Translations under genes and position numbers: made by a program
Part shown: positions 46,072-55,439 of the stretch, in pieces
Layout of the letters: every line of letters starts with the position of its first letter
Numbering within the stretch: position 1 is the stretch's first letter
Notes under the pieces: generated by a model
Database searches by the model: none
The model's input: only the letters and a program-made list of their open reading frames with translations
Told to the model about the DNA's origin: nothing
NCBI GenBank assembly: GCA_964518965.1
Contig: CAZFJP010000002.1
Location: 7,795 to 71,794, forward strand
DNA length: 64,000 nt
DNA from: an uncultured Candidatus Saccharibacteria bacterium
GTDB taxonomy: Bacteria > Patescibacteriota > SOKK01
Direction of reading: 5' to 3'

Positions 46072-46791
46072 TTAGAAATTATTGTGAAACGATACTTCTA
46101 ATGCTCTAGCAAAATGCTTTAGGATAGCCTGATTATAATCATAGCGCATTCTTTTTGGACCAATTACACCAAGCATCCCCTCGCTATCACCATCTCCAAA
46201 ATAAGTAACCAAAATACTGCATTCCCGGATCTCTTCTTTGGAAGTTTCTTTACCAATCAAAATCTGCGATTTAGTATCAGCGGGAATCTTTTTAAATAAA
46301 TCAAGTAGTTGAGAAAAATCTTCTAAGATCTCCACAATCTGAGCAGCTTTTTTAGAATTCTTAAATTCAGGTTGTTTTAAAAGATTGGCAATACCAGTGT
46401 AATAAACTCTTTTATGTGGCGAGATCCCAATCGCAATACACTGAGTTAGCTTTGCAATTACTCTTACTGCTTCATTAAGAAAACTATCAAAGTCCTCATT
46501 CTCATTCTCTTTCTCTTTCAACCGAAATTGATTTTCAAAGTCTAAAATTAGCTCTGGCAAGAATTGATCAACAAAAAGACGATAGCCCTTATCTGTGGGA
46601 ATTCGCCCGGCGGAAGGATGGGGATGCATAAGATATCCTGCTAGTTCAAGAGCGTGCAATTCATTGCGAATTGTCGCCGGACTGAGATCGAGATTAATAT
46701 TCTCAGAAAGCCATTCCGACCCAACCGGTTCTGCGGTATCAACATATTCCCCAATTAAAGCTTTCAAGATCTCCCTTTGACGCTCATCCAT
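46072..46791 (-). CDS. hrcA: Heat-inducible transcription repressor HrcA (short form)
   Basis: RQREILKALIGEY..TAEPVGS, SPATIRNE, HPSAGRIPTDKGYRLFVD, GVIGPKRMRY. Confidence 0.95.
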   Translation of the reverse strand: MDERQREILKALIGEYVDTAEPVGSEWLSENINLDLSPATIRNELHALELAGYLMHPHPSAGRIPTDKGYRLFVDQFLPELILDFENQFRLKEKENENEDFDSFLNEAVRVIAKLTQCIAIGISPHKRVYYTGIANLLKQPEFKNSKKAAQIVEILEDFSQLLDLFKKIPADTKSQILIGKETSKEEIRECSILVTYFGDGDSEGMLGVIGPKRMRYDYNQAILKHFARALEVSFHNNF

Positions 46792-46823
46792 TTTAATAGG
46801 TTAAAACTAGCTTTTTCGAACTT

Positions 46824-46850
46824 TTAGCACTCTCAATATGCGAGTGCTAA
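46824..46850. promoter_or_regulatory. CIRCE operator
   Basis: Perfect TTAGCACTC-N9-GAGTGCTAA, just downstream of TTGACA-16-TATAAT (46881-46854, minus strand). Confidence 0.97.
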
Positions 46851-46966
46851 TTCATTATAGCAAACGCTAAATTATTGTCAAGTGCCAGACATCAAAAAAC
46901 AGCTCCGCCCCATGTGCCGCATGGCACATGGCCCCGAGATGGAGCTGCTTTTATCTCAGACAATCT

Positions 46967-47254
46967 TTATCTAGTCGGCGGATGACAAACTTTGCAAGGC
47001 TTTAGGTGCAACTTTTTGGCAGTTGAAAGCTTGATTTTAATCTTACCGTGACGTAAGTACTTACATCCAGCACGATGATACTTGTTTCCTGTTTTTGTTT
47101 TATAAACTGTTGGATTGTGTACTTTCTGGATACGGAAAGCAGGATCAGCTTTAGGAGTAGGTACTGATGCCGCACTTACAGCGACAATAGAGAGAAGTAA
47201 TGCAGTAATAATTGCGGGAATAACCAGAAATCGCTTGGAAAATTTTGGATTCAT
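46967..47254 (-). CDS. Small secreted protein with a C-terminal Cys/His metal-binding motif
   Basis: Signal peptide; VYKTKTGNKYHRAGC.YL...A...L.PCKVC.P (Ada-like/ComEC-tail motif); own promoter. Confidence 0.75.
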   Translation of the reverse strand: MNPKFSKRFLVIPAIITALLLSIVAVSAASVPTPKADPAFRIQKVHNPTVYKTKTGNKYHRAGCKYLRHGKIKIKLSTAKKLHLKPCKVCHPPTR

Positions 47255-47411
47255 TGTAGTAATTAGTAGATTTTTTAATGTCTAGTGCCAGTATAGCATT
47301 TCCTGCAATAAAGTCAACCTAAATAGCATAACATAAATAGCATAGCCCAGTTAGTATACTGAATACTGACGGGTCCACTCTAGCAGAACAAGCCAGATAA
47401 AAAGAAGAAAA

Positions 47412-47981
47412 TTAGATTCCTAAATCAATTAAAGCGTTGTTCTCGCTTAATACGTCTAAATCTCCTCCTCTAAACTTCAAGCCTTTTGCCTTTTTATCAA
47501 CATCAAAAACCACCATTCTCTGTTTCGAAGTGTTCGGGTTTAGTTGTTCCAAGAATAAATCTTTGTCTTGAGGGATGTAAAAGATAGTATCAGTGGAAGC
47601 ACTGAATTCTCTACCCTTATCATCGATCAAGACCACAGCTGAACTATCTGCAGTTTTTGCCTCTTTACCAGTATTTTTGACCTGCAAAGTGACTATTACA
47701 AAAACACCACTGGCTTTCTTGGGACCATACAATCCGGTAGTATCTTTCAGTGTCGCTTGTTTTTTTACACTAATAACTTTCCACTCAACATCTCCCGCTT
47801 TAACAACCTCCCCAACTTTCCCCTTATTTTCAGTTCCCGCAACTTGCTTTGATACCTCCGAAGCACATTTTCCGCAAGCAACACAATTGATTACACCGAT
47901 CAAGACAATCACTCCCAAAATTATCAGAATGATAATCAGGGCTACACTTGGTCCCTTTTTCACCGGTTTTGTCTCGGTCAT
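47412..47981 (-). CDS. DUF4352-like membrane-anchored protein
   Basis: N-terminal TM; GVFVIVTLQVKNTGKE...L.DDKGREF...LNP.....VFDV. Confidence 0.8.
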   Translation of the reverse strand: MTETKPVKKGPSVALIIILIILGVIVLIGVINCVACGKCASEVSKQVAGTENKGKVGEVVKAGDVEWKVISVKKQATLKDTTGLYGPKKASGVFVIVTLQVKNTGKEAKTADSSAVVLIDDKGREFSASTDTIFYIPQDKDLFLEQLNPNTSKQRMVVFDVDKKAKGLKFRGGDLDVLSENNALIDLGI

Positions 47982-48015
47982 TTTTGTTCCTTTCGTTTAA
48001 ATAATAAAAATTTAT

Positions 48016-48183
48016 CTAATAAGGATACCAAGTATATTGACACTTATGACAGCGCCAGGCGCTAGGTAATAGTAAGAGTAACAAGCCAATAGGAAAGAAG
48101 ATTACTGCAAGTAAATAAATGAGAAAATGTCTTACCTGATAAGTATCGTCAGTATTACATTTAGGACAATTATACCTAATCAT
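48016..48183 (-). CDS. 55-aa LITAF/BRI3-like zinc-ribbon membrane peptide (not in ORF track)
   Basis: MIRYNCPKCNTDDTYQVRHFLIYLLAVIFFPIGLLLLLLPSAWRCHKCQYTWYPY. Confidence 0.7.
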   Translation of the reverse strand: MIRYNCPKCNTDDTYQVRHFLIYLLAVIFFPIGLLLLLLPSAWRCHKCQYTWYPY

Positions 48184-48263
48184 CTACTGAGATTTAAGAA
48201 TGATTTTAAATTAATTCTATCTTCACTAAATTAAAATAAAATTAAGACAGAATTAAAAATTAA

Positions 48264-48653
48264 TTAAAGCACCTTCGCAATCTTCAAATCAATATCAACA
48301 TTCAAACTCAAAGCCTTTCTCTCCAATTTCCTCACCAACTCAAACTCCTCACTAATCCTCTCCATCTGCAATCGCGATAAAACTGGAATTTTAATTTTCT
48401 CCGGGTCGGCAGGGCAGATCTTAGCTAAACAAGCATTCAAAAAACCAACTCTTAAAGTTGGCTTTTTGATTTTGCCGACAAAAATTAATTGAATGAATTG
48501 AGATTGGTTAACCTTATTTAATTGCTCCAAAACCAAACCTCCGTCCCGACGCATTCCCAGAACTAGTCCTCGCCCTGTATCAGGCGACACAGGGCACAGC
48601 CACTCACTAAAAACCTCCTTAAGCGGTACTAATTTGACTTCGTCCTTATGCAT
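48264..48653 (-). CDS. Hypothetical protein, possibly a restriction-modification specificity-subunit remnant
   Basis: LVPLKEV N-terminus and KIKIPV...Q.RI.EE helix resemble HsdS conserved regions (weak). Confidence 0.35.
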   Translation of the reverse strand: MHKDEVKLVPLKEVFSEWLCPVSPDTGRGLVLGMRRDGGLVLEQLNKVNQSQFIQLIFVGKIKKPTLRVGFLNACLAKICPADPEKIKIPVLSRLQMERISEEFELVRKLERKALSLNVDIDLKIAKVL

Positions 48654-48664
48654 TTAAGCAAACT

Positions 48665-48806
48665 AAAAAGCGAGCACCCGACGCTGATCCACACATGCAT
48701 CCCGAAGAACGCTGTTTGTGAAAAGCCGAGTGCCCGCTTTCCTTTCGCAAACAACGCGAAAGCGGGCAAACGCTCTCAAATCCTTCGGGACTAAATATGG
48801 ATCAGC
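48665..48806 (-). ncRNA. Highly structured RNA/leader with alternative pairings
   Basis: Stems GCTGATCCATAT/GTGTGGATCAGC, TCCCGAAGGA/TTCTTCGGGA and CGTTGTTTGCGAAAGG/CTTTTCACAAACAGCG; promoter TTGCTT-16-TAAAAT immediately upstream. Confidence 0.6.
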
Positions 48807-48942
48807 AAATTCATTTTAGCACTGCCTTAATTCAAAGCAAGGGTTTTAATCTTGCTTTAATTTAAAAACCCCATGCTATACAGCACGGGGCGCCGCTCGC
48901 AACAACCTATTACTTGTTACCTCTTACCTAATTATCCTCTTG

Positions 48943-50541
48943 TTAATAAATCTCATCCTTCTTATCCCTAATGTAAGAGATCCAATGATCTAACACCGGA
49001 ATCAGGCTCTTAAATGGCGCTTCAATGACCCGGTCCAAAACAAAAACCAAAATATTAACTTTTGGCAACTTCTGGGCAATCCACTTTCCTGCCTGAATAA
49101 AGGGAATAGAGAAAAAATCAATAATCGCCGTAAGCAAATTACCTTCACTCGGCAGAACAATTAATTCACGCATGCCGTAACGCAAACGGATACCAAAGAA
49201 GCTTACTGCAGTTAAGAAGAAAAGGAACAAGAAACCACCAATCCAGTTAAAACCGGTCTTATAAAGAACAAAAATAATCAAACCAAAAGAAAGAAGAAAA
49301 GCCAGCGAGTAAAAAACATTAAAAATCACATTTAACGTTGGATGGGGACGAATGTTGCGACTGGATTTATAAATAATGGAATCTTTCTTCTCTAAATAAG
49401 CAATCTTAAAAATAGAATTAACAATTTCCGCAGTATTTTTAGACGAAGGAATCCGCACACTTGCGCCAATAATTAACATCAGGGTCGGATGAAACGCAAT
49501 GTTAGTAATAAACGGAAACCAAAACACTTTATTATGTAACCAGAGGTCATAAGGCAGTTCAAAAATAAACGCCAAAACCGTTTTAGTACAGAAAATATAA
49601 ATGACACTCCGGATAAAGTTACGGCGCAATTTAGAGCCATAAGCTTTATAACGTTCCTCGCATTTTTCTTTAATTTGTTCTTCAAACTTAAAGGGATCTT
49701 CAATTAATTTCTCAATATTATCAATATTCTCAACAATCACATCATTCAAAACCCAAAAAACCATTGCATAGCGACGTAACTTGCGAGTAATCAAGTTATT
49801 GAAATTATTATTAATATAGCTCTCAATTTTATCTTTAAGTGCCGGGAGATTAATAGCAATTTGATTAATCGCATCCAGATGAGGATTTTTAATCCAATCG
49901 GGATAAATCTTTTTAAAAATACGATAACTTAAAATCGCGTTGTCTGCTTTATAAAGTACTTTATTCATCACAATATAAAGCTGGAGATTTTTATCCGCAT
50001 CAGAAAGCTTAGCATCTCCCCAATCCAGTTCCGAAGTTAAAATCGGAGTAGCAAACTCAATTAACGCTTCTTGGGGTTCCGAAGAAACGAGCAAGTCTTC
50101 AACTTCACAAGCCAAGATCCCCAAAACCCAATCCTGCAATTTATTGCGTTTCTGAAACGGCACTTGTGCAACACGATCAAAAAGCACTTGGTACTTCTGT
50201 AAAACAAATCTAATTTGAGAAACAGCGCTTTCGGGAATCGTTTCATTTTTAAAATAACCAGCGCGGATTAAGTCATCAACTAAGAGTTGCGCAATTTGCT
50301 CCTGATCACGATAATAAAACATCAAGCGACGGATGATGCGACGAATCGCATTCTTGCGCAAAAGATGCTCATCGTGATATTCCACGGAGTTGCGAAAACG
50401 CTCGTACACCAAAGCCAATCCTTCTAGAGTACGTGTGGCTTTCACCCGTGGACCTTCTTGGGATTTTTGGAAACTCTCCCGGAGCTTTACAATCAGCTTT
50501 GCGAGCTCGGGAGAAATGGTCATTTTTTGTTTAAGAAACAT
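48943..50541 (-). CDS. Conserved hypothetical membrane protein (CPR-type)
   Basis: YERFRNSVEY.DEHLLRKNAIRRI; C-terminal TMs ending D..IEAPFK...W...RDKKDEI. Confidence 0.75.
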   Translation of the reverse strand: MFLKQKMTISPELAKLIVKLRESFQKSQEGPRVKATRTLEGLALVYERFRNSVEYHDEHLLRKNAIRRIIRRLMFYYRDQEQIAQLLVDDLIRAGYFKNETIPESAVSQIRFVLQKYQVLFDRVAQVPFQKRNKLQDWVLGILACEVEDLLVSSEPQEALIEFATPILTSELDWGDAKLSDADKNLQLYIVMNKVLYKADNAILSYRIFKKIYPDWIKNPHLDAINQIAINLPALKDKIESYINNNFNNLITRKLRRYAMVFWVLNDVIVENIDNIEKLIEDPFKFEEQIKEKCEERYKAYGSKLRRNFIRSVIYIFCTKTVLAFIFELPYDLWLHNKVFWFPFITNIAFHPTLMLIIGASVRIPSSKNTAEIVNSIFKIAYLEKKDSIIYKSSRNIRPHPTLNVIFNVFYSLAFLLSFGLIIFVLYKTGFNWIGGFLFLFFLTAVSFFGIRLRYGMRELIVLPSEGNLLTAIIDFFSIPFIQAGKWIAQKLPKVNILVFVLDRVIEAPFKSLIPVLDHWISYIRDKKDEIY

Positions 50542-50705
50542 GATTAAAGCTTAACTTAAAACGAAAAATGAAAAACCTACCATTTACATTATAAGTCAAT
50601 CTTCAAAAAATTACAGTTAAAGATAGCATATTTTAAGATTTTAGTCAATGGTAGGGTATTAAGGTAGGGTATTAAAAATCTCTTCTTCAGGAAAATGACA
50701 GTGGC

Positions 50706-50814
50706 TAAAGGCAAAGAGTAAAGAGTAAAGAACAAAAGACAAAAGCGAAGAAAAAAGATAAAATTTTGTCTTTTACTTTCACTTTTACCCTTTAATTTTT
50801 GCCTTTTACCTTTT
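50706..50814. repeat. Inverted heptamer-array hairpin (AAAGAGT family)
   Basis: aaaggc aaagagt aaagagt aaagaac aaaagac aaaagc ... ttttgtc ttttact ttcact tttaccc tttaatt tttgcct tttacct. Confidence 0.7.
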
Positions 50815-50957
50815 CAATGATAGTCTCATGAAAAGTCGCCACACCATAAAAAGGTGACGTCTCCCCCACCTTGCATCATACAGTGTGGTGCCTACCTCCA
50901 TGACATGGCGAACCCAACAAAAAAACCTGCCAACTCTGACAGATTATTACAACTTGT

Positions 50958-51032
50958 TGGTAGCGCCTACGAGAATCGAACTCGTGTTACCAGGATGAGA
51001 ACCTGGCGTCCTAGCCGCTAGACGAAGGCGCC
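50958..51032 (-). tRNA. tRNA-Glu(CTC)
   Basis: GGCGCCTTCGTCTAGCGGCTAGGACGCCAGG-TTCTCAT-CCTGGTAACACGAGTTCGATTCTCGTAGGCGCTACCA. Confidence 0.97.
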
Positions 51033-51093
51033 GTAATTAAAAACGACCGAGGGGTCATTTTTAGTATAGGAAATTATTACAGTTTAGGCAAAC

Positions 51094-51672
51094 TTATCCC
51101 CCTCCGAACTTCTTCCGCTTTTCCCTTTCCCGATCCTCTCTTGCCCAACAATAAGAACAATTCAATCCTTTATTCCTCAATTGATTTGTCAATCCTTCCA
51201 CAAAACCACCGATACTGCCATTTTTCACAAAAGGAAGCCTAAAAGTACCTCCCTTATTATTAACTTCAAAAAACTTCTTACACCCGCATTGATCACAATT
51301 CATTTCTATAAACAAGTGATCATTTTCATCTTCATCTCGATACTCAAAAATGTGGGTATGGAATCTTTTGAGAATAGCATTAAATTCCAAGTTAATCTCA
51401 CTAATCTCTTTACCTTTTAATTTAAAAACATCAAAGGCTTCTTGGCAACGTTTCTCGCTATAAATAATATTATGCAAATCACTCCAACGCTCCCCAATTT
51501 CCGGCGAATGATCTCCTTTAAGTACCCGACTAACATCTTGCTCTGCTTGTCTATAATCAGCTAAAAAAATCTCCTGCATTCTCTCTTGAATCACAGGATA
51601 TTTTATTAACTCTTGATAACGATTATCCACTGAATCTTCTCTTACTGATTCAATTTCAGGAGTTTTTTCCAT
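51094..51672 (-). CDS. Hypothetical protein with CxxC pairs
   Basis: 192-aa ORF; CDQC...CSYC. Confidence 0.6.
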   Translation of the reverse strand: MEKTPEIESVREDSVDNRYQELIKYPVIQERMQEIFLADYRQAEQDVSRVLKGDHSPEIGERWSDLHNIIYSEKRCQEAFDVFKLKGKEISEINLEFNAILKRFHTHIFEYRDEDENDHLFIEMNCDQCGCKKFFEVNNKGGTFRLPFVKNGSIGGFVEGLTNQLRNKGLNCSYCWAREDREREKRKKFGGG

Positions 51673-51807
51673 CGAAAAAGATTAATTCAAACAATATGAA
51701 ATCCGGGGTGAGTTCGGAATATTTTTTAAAGGAGTTACTAGAATTTTCCATTTTGATTTAAAATAAATTCCTTCTTCGATAACCCCAGTTAACTGAAGCT
51801 AAGATAA

Positions 51808-52732
51808 TTACTGATAAAGACCTTCAATAACTCGACCAAGTATTTCCCCAATCCTATCACAATCACCAGTCATTATCGCGGCATAATTACGACGTGAGTA
51901 CCAATCTACCAAAGTATCACAGTCACCATGACAATGCGTATTGATTTTTTTATTGGGGAATCCCAGTTTGTAAGAATTATCTACTGACTTATTTGAGTTA
52001 ATCCAGAATGGTTGGGTCTAGGTACAACCAGAAGCATTAGTAATTTCCACCCGAATATATTTTTCTCTTCCTTTAATGTGATATGACCCTCTTTTCCCAC
52101 GACAGAAACGGTAAACATGTCCGCTTTTACCAATATATCTAATCAGAGAAACTCGATTTGCCTTAACGGTAATCCGTTTTTGAGAAGGATTGTAAGAGAT
52201 AGCAGTAAATCGTGCTCCCGAGCTCGCATAAAAATTACCGGCTTTTAAAATCGCGATAAGACTTTCTTTACTTGCGTCAGGCAAATAGGCAAAAAAATCC
52301 TTTTCCGCGTTGACTCTCCGAATGACTGTCATCAACTCCAAAACTCCAAATCCTCTTTCCGGAAGTTAAGGCTGCATCCCATTTGTCAGTAGCAACTCGG
52401 CAACACTTCTGAAGAAAACTGTTATAAATTTCAATTCCGAGATAATTTTCGGCTGCAATCAGGTTTCTGATGCGATAACCACGACAACGGAGATTGGGAT
52501 GAGCCAAAATTGCCACCCCGCCTTGCAAATTAATCGCATCAATTCTCTCCTGCAATGACAAAGTTGTATCCACATGCTCAGAAACATTTAAGGCAATAAT
52601 ATGATGCTGTGATCACCCGCTATTTTCCTCACCGGGAATTATTATCAGATTGCGATCAGCTAAGCCTGGTCTAGCCAAACAAACGAATACCACTACCAGT
52701 AACAAAGTTTTTCTCACCAAATTATTTTTCAT
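51808..52732 (-). pseudogene. Fragmented secreted PHP-family (CehA/McbA-like) metallohydrolase
   Basis: Signal peptide, IIIPGEE..*..HHII, GGVAILAHPN, GIEIYN, WD..L..GKRIWSFGVDDSH, frameshift, KYIRVEI...TQPF; stops and shifts. Confidence 0.8.
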
Positions 52733-52779
52733 TATTTTTTAGAATTGGATAATTAAACTATTTCTATCTGTCAGAAAAT

Positions 52780-55359
52780 TCACCACAACGGATTCTTAGA
52801 CACCGGCAGAGGGGTTAGAGGTTTGCCGATATTCAAGCGGTTAATTATTTCCTGATCCACTAATCTAAAATCAACACCATACTTCATTCGGGAAGTTTGT
52901 CTCACTAATTCCCCCAAACGCACATCGCCACCCTGAAGCGGGGGTAGGAACGCCATGTCAAACGGCTTGCTGGCAACATTATCAATAGAAAGTACAACAT
53001 AAGCATGGAACTTATCAATATTCAATAAATCATGCTGGTCAAAAGTAGGTTGATAAATTTTCTCCATAATCTCTGCATCTTCCGCGCCAATACGACCACA
53101 CAAAATCGTCCCGACATTACCAAACACTGCTTCTCTCAAGCGCGCTTTCAAACCATAAGTTTCACCTGCCTGTTCAATCTGAGCAATATACTGGTGCGCG
53201 ATAATTAAATTCAGAGCATATTTACGAGCTTCAGATAAAATAGACTCAAAGGAATCAGTAGCAAAATTCTGGAATTCATCTACGTATAAATAGAAATCGC
53301 GGCGTTGTTCTTTTGTCATGCGCGCTCGCGCCATTGCTCCCATTTGAATCTTCGCGACAATGATTAAACCAAGTAACTTCATATTCAACTCGCCAATTTT
53401 CCCTTTGGAAAGCTTCACGAGTAAAATTTTCCCTTGATCCATAATCTCCTGAATATTGAACGTGGATTTTTGCTGACCGATGATGTTACGCATCAGACGG
53501 TTAGTCATGAACGCGCCAATCTTACTAATCACCGGACCAAGCATTTCTGACTTATGAAAGTCTGTCGTCTGTGCCATTTCCTGATCCCAGAAAGCACGCA
53601 CCACCGGATCAGTTAATTTCGCTAATTTGATTCTCTGAAAATTAACGTCAGTAATAATGCGAGGCAATTCCAGCAAAGTTGCACCACTTGCCGGATCCGC
53701 CATAATCGTTAAGAAGGCATTGCGCACAATATGATCAAAGCGCGGACCCAAAAACTCTTCATAGAGTTTATGAAAAATAGCAATCATTTCACCGACAACA
53801 AAATCCTTTTCAAATTCCGTATGGAACTCCAGCATATTCAATCCCATCGGACGCTCAATATCAGAGGGATCAAACAACACCACATCGCTCACTCTTTCCG
53901 GCGGAATCTGAGTCAAAATGGTATCAATTAAATCACCATGCGGGTCAATAACACAAACCCCCTTGCCATTACGAATATCCTGAACTGCCATATTTGCTAA
54001 AAACTCGGATTTACCCGTACCAGTACGTCCAATCATATACATATGGCGGCGGCGGTCATCATCTTGAATCCTCACTAACTTCTTCATTCCCCGATAAACT
54101 GACTCACCAAGAATAATTCCTTCATCAGGCAGATTTATCGGAGGAGGAGCTTGCTTCGCATGAATCCACTCCACACTTGGAGTATCCAGATTCTTATTAG
54201 GAAAGTGAAAAATGCTCGCTAACTCTTCCGTGTTCAGAATCATAATTTCCTTTCTGCGCCATGGAAAGTAACGGAAAATATATTTCTTAATAATTCTCTT
54301 TTCGTTTGACTTTTTAATCGTACCCACAAAAGGAACAAAATGTTTCCAAGGCTTCTTTAAGTACCAGGGTTTAATTGGCTTTAAGCCGTTGAGATTAGGA
54401 GAACTAAACTGCATAAAGGCACTTAAAATACTTCCCATTTTCATCTCTGCTTCACTCTCGCTTGGTGCCGCAGTGACAATTCGCATTGTCGTCTTGAAAT
54501 CAATTTTACTGGCTTTCATCCCCAAGCCCTCTAGTTTTTCCTCATCCATTGGAGCTAAACGCATCTCCGGCTGCTGCTGTTCCTGCCCAGCTTTGGGACC
54601 AACGACACTAAACAAAACATCGCCGGCTTTACTCAAAACTCTGGAACCACCAGTGCTACTGCCACCCTCGGCTAATTTATCCGCGACTTTCTTGGCACGC
54701 TCGCGCCACTGACCGCTACTTGGAACTAGCATAATCTGAATTGCCGCACCTTCGTTTTTACCTAATTTACTTAAAGCGTTAGTAATACTATTTAATGGAT
54801 CACCTTCAATTTTCTGATAAGTATTAATCGGATAAATCGGATCCTTTATCTGTTGCATTACTACTGCTGCAGTTGCACACTTAGGACTGAAAATATTATA
54901 TTGGGGAACACGCTCAATCAACGCATCCGGATAATTAGCATTGATTTGTTTTTCTACTAATTCTACGAGATGGCGAGGAACCGTAACATAGAAACTAATC
55001 TTTCCTTCTTTGCTTGCAATCTCCAAACTAAGATATTCCTTGCCATAAACCAAGCTTTCCTTTCCGCTAAACTGAATGCTTGCCAGATTAGCTAAAAGTG
55101 GTTCCATTAAGCCGATTAACTGCTTAGGATCTTGCCTTTCAACATCTTCATCAGCTGCTTCCCGACGCACCCTCACCCTTAACAACACTTGGTCCAAAGC
55201 ACGAGGAATCTTCTTGCGCTGGCGGAGGTAAACAATCAAACCAAAAACCACCGCTGCAATTAAAAGGAGAAATGCGATAATCATAATTATCAAAACACCG
55301 TAACTTGTAAATAAGTTGCTGATGAAACTTGTCGGATCGGTTGTAGTTGAGTAATCCAT
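52780..55359 (-). CDS. VirD4/TraG/HerA-like P-loop ATPase with an N-terminal TM (CPR-type)
   Basis: DDRRRHMYMIGRTGTGKS, VIDPHGDL, LYVDEFQNF, LSEARKY.L.L..AHQY..Q. Confidence 0.9.
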   Translation of the reverse strand: MDYSTTTDPTSFISNLFTSYGVLIIMIIAFLLLIAAVVFGLIVYLRQRKKIPRALDQVLLRVRVRREAADEDVERQDPKQLIGLMEPLLANLASIQFSGKESLVYGKEYLSLEIASKEGKISFYVTVPRHLVELVEKQINANYPDALIERVPQYNIFSPKCATAAVVMQQIKDPIYPINTYQKIEGDPLNSITNALSKLGKNEGAAIQIMLVPSSGQWRERAKKVADKLAEGGSSTGGSRVLSKAGDVLFSVVGPKAGQEQQQPEMRLAPMDEEKLEGLGMKASKIDFKTTMRIVTAAPSESEAEMKMGSILSAFMQFSSPNLNGLKPIKPWYLKKPWKHFVPFVGTIKKSNEKRIIKKYIFRYFPWRRKEIMILNTEELASIFHFPNKNLDTPSVEWIHAKQAPPPINLPDEGIILGESVYRGMKKLVRIQDDDRRRHMYMIGRTGTGKSEFLANMAVQDIRNGKGVCVIDPHGDLIDTILTQIPPERVSDVVLFDPSDIERPMGLNMLEFHTEFEKDFVVGEMIAIFHKLYEEFLGPRFDHIVRNAFLTIMADPASGATLLELPRIITDVNFQRIKLAKLTDPVVRAFWDQEMAQTTDFHKSEMLGPVISKIGAFMTNRLMRNIIGQQKSTFNIQEIMDQGKILLVKLSKGKIGELNMKLLGLIIVAKIQMGAMARARMTKEQRRDFYLYVDEFQNFATDSFESILSEARKYALNLIIAHQYIAQIEQAGETYGLKARLREAVFGNVGTILCGRIGAEDAEIMEKIYQPTFDQHDLLNIDKFHAYVVLSIDNVASKPFDMAFLPPLQGGDVRLGELVRQTSRMKYGVDFRLVDQEIINRLNIGKPLTPLPVSKNPLW

Positions 55360-55363
55360 AAAA

Positions 55364-55438
55364 ATGTTAGATGTCAAATGTTAGATGTTAGATGTGATAA
55401 TTTACATCTGCCACCTGACATCTTCCATCTACCATCTT
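55364..55438. repeat. Inverted heptamer-array hairpin (GATGTTA family)
   Basis: atgttag atgtcaa atgttag atgttag atgtgat aattta catctgc cacctga catcttc catctac catctt. Confidence 0.8.
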
Positions 55439-55439
55439 C

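Noticed and set aside
52780-55359. Conjugative element/ICE signalled by the VirD4-like ATPase
   Set aside because: No relaxase, VirB4 partner or integrase nearby; this ATPase type is commonly chromosomal in CPR.
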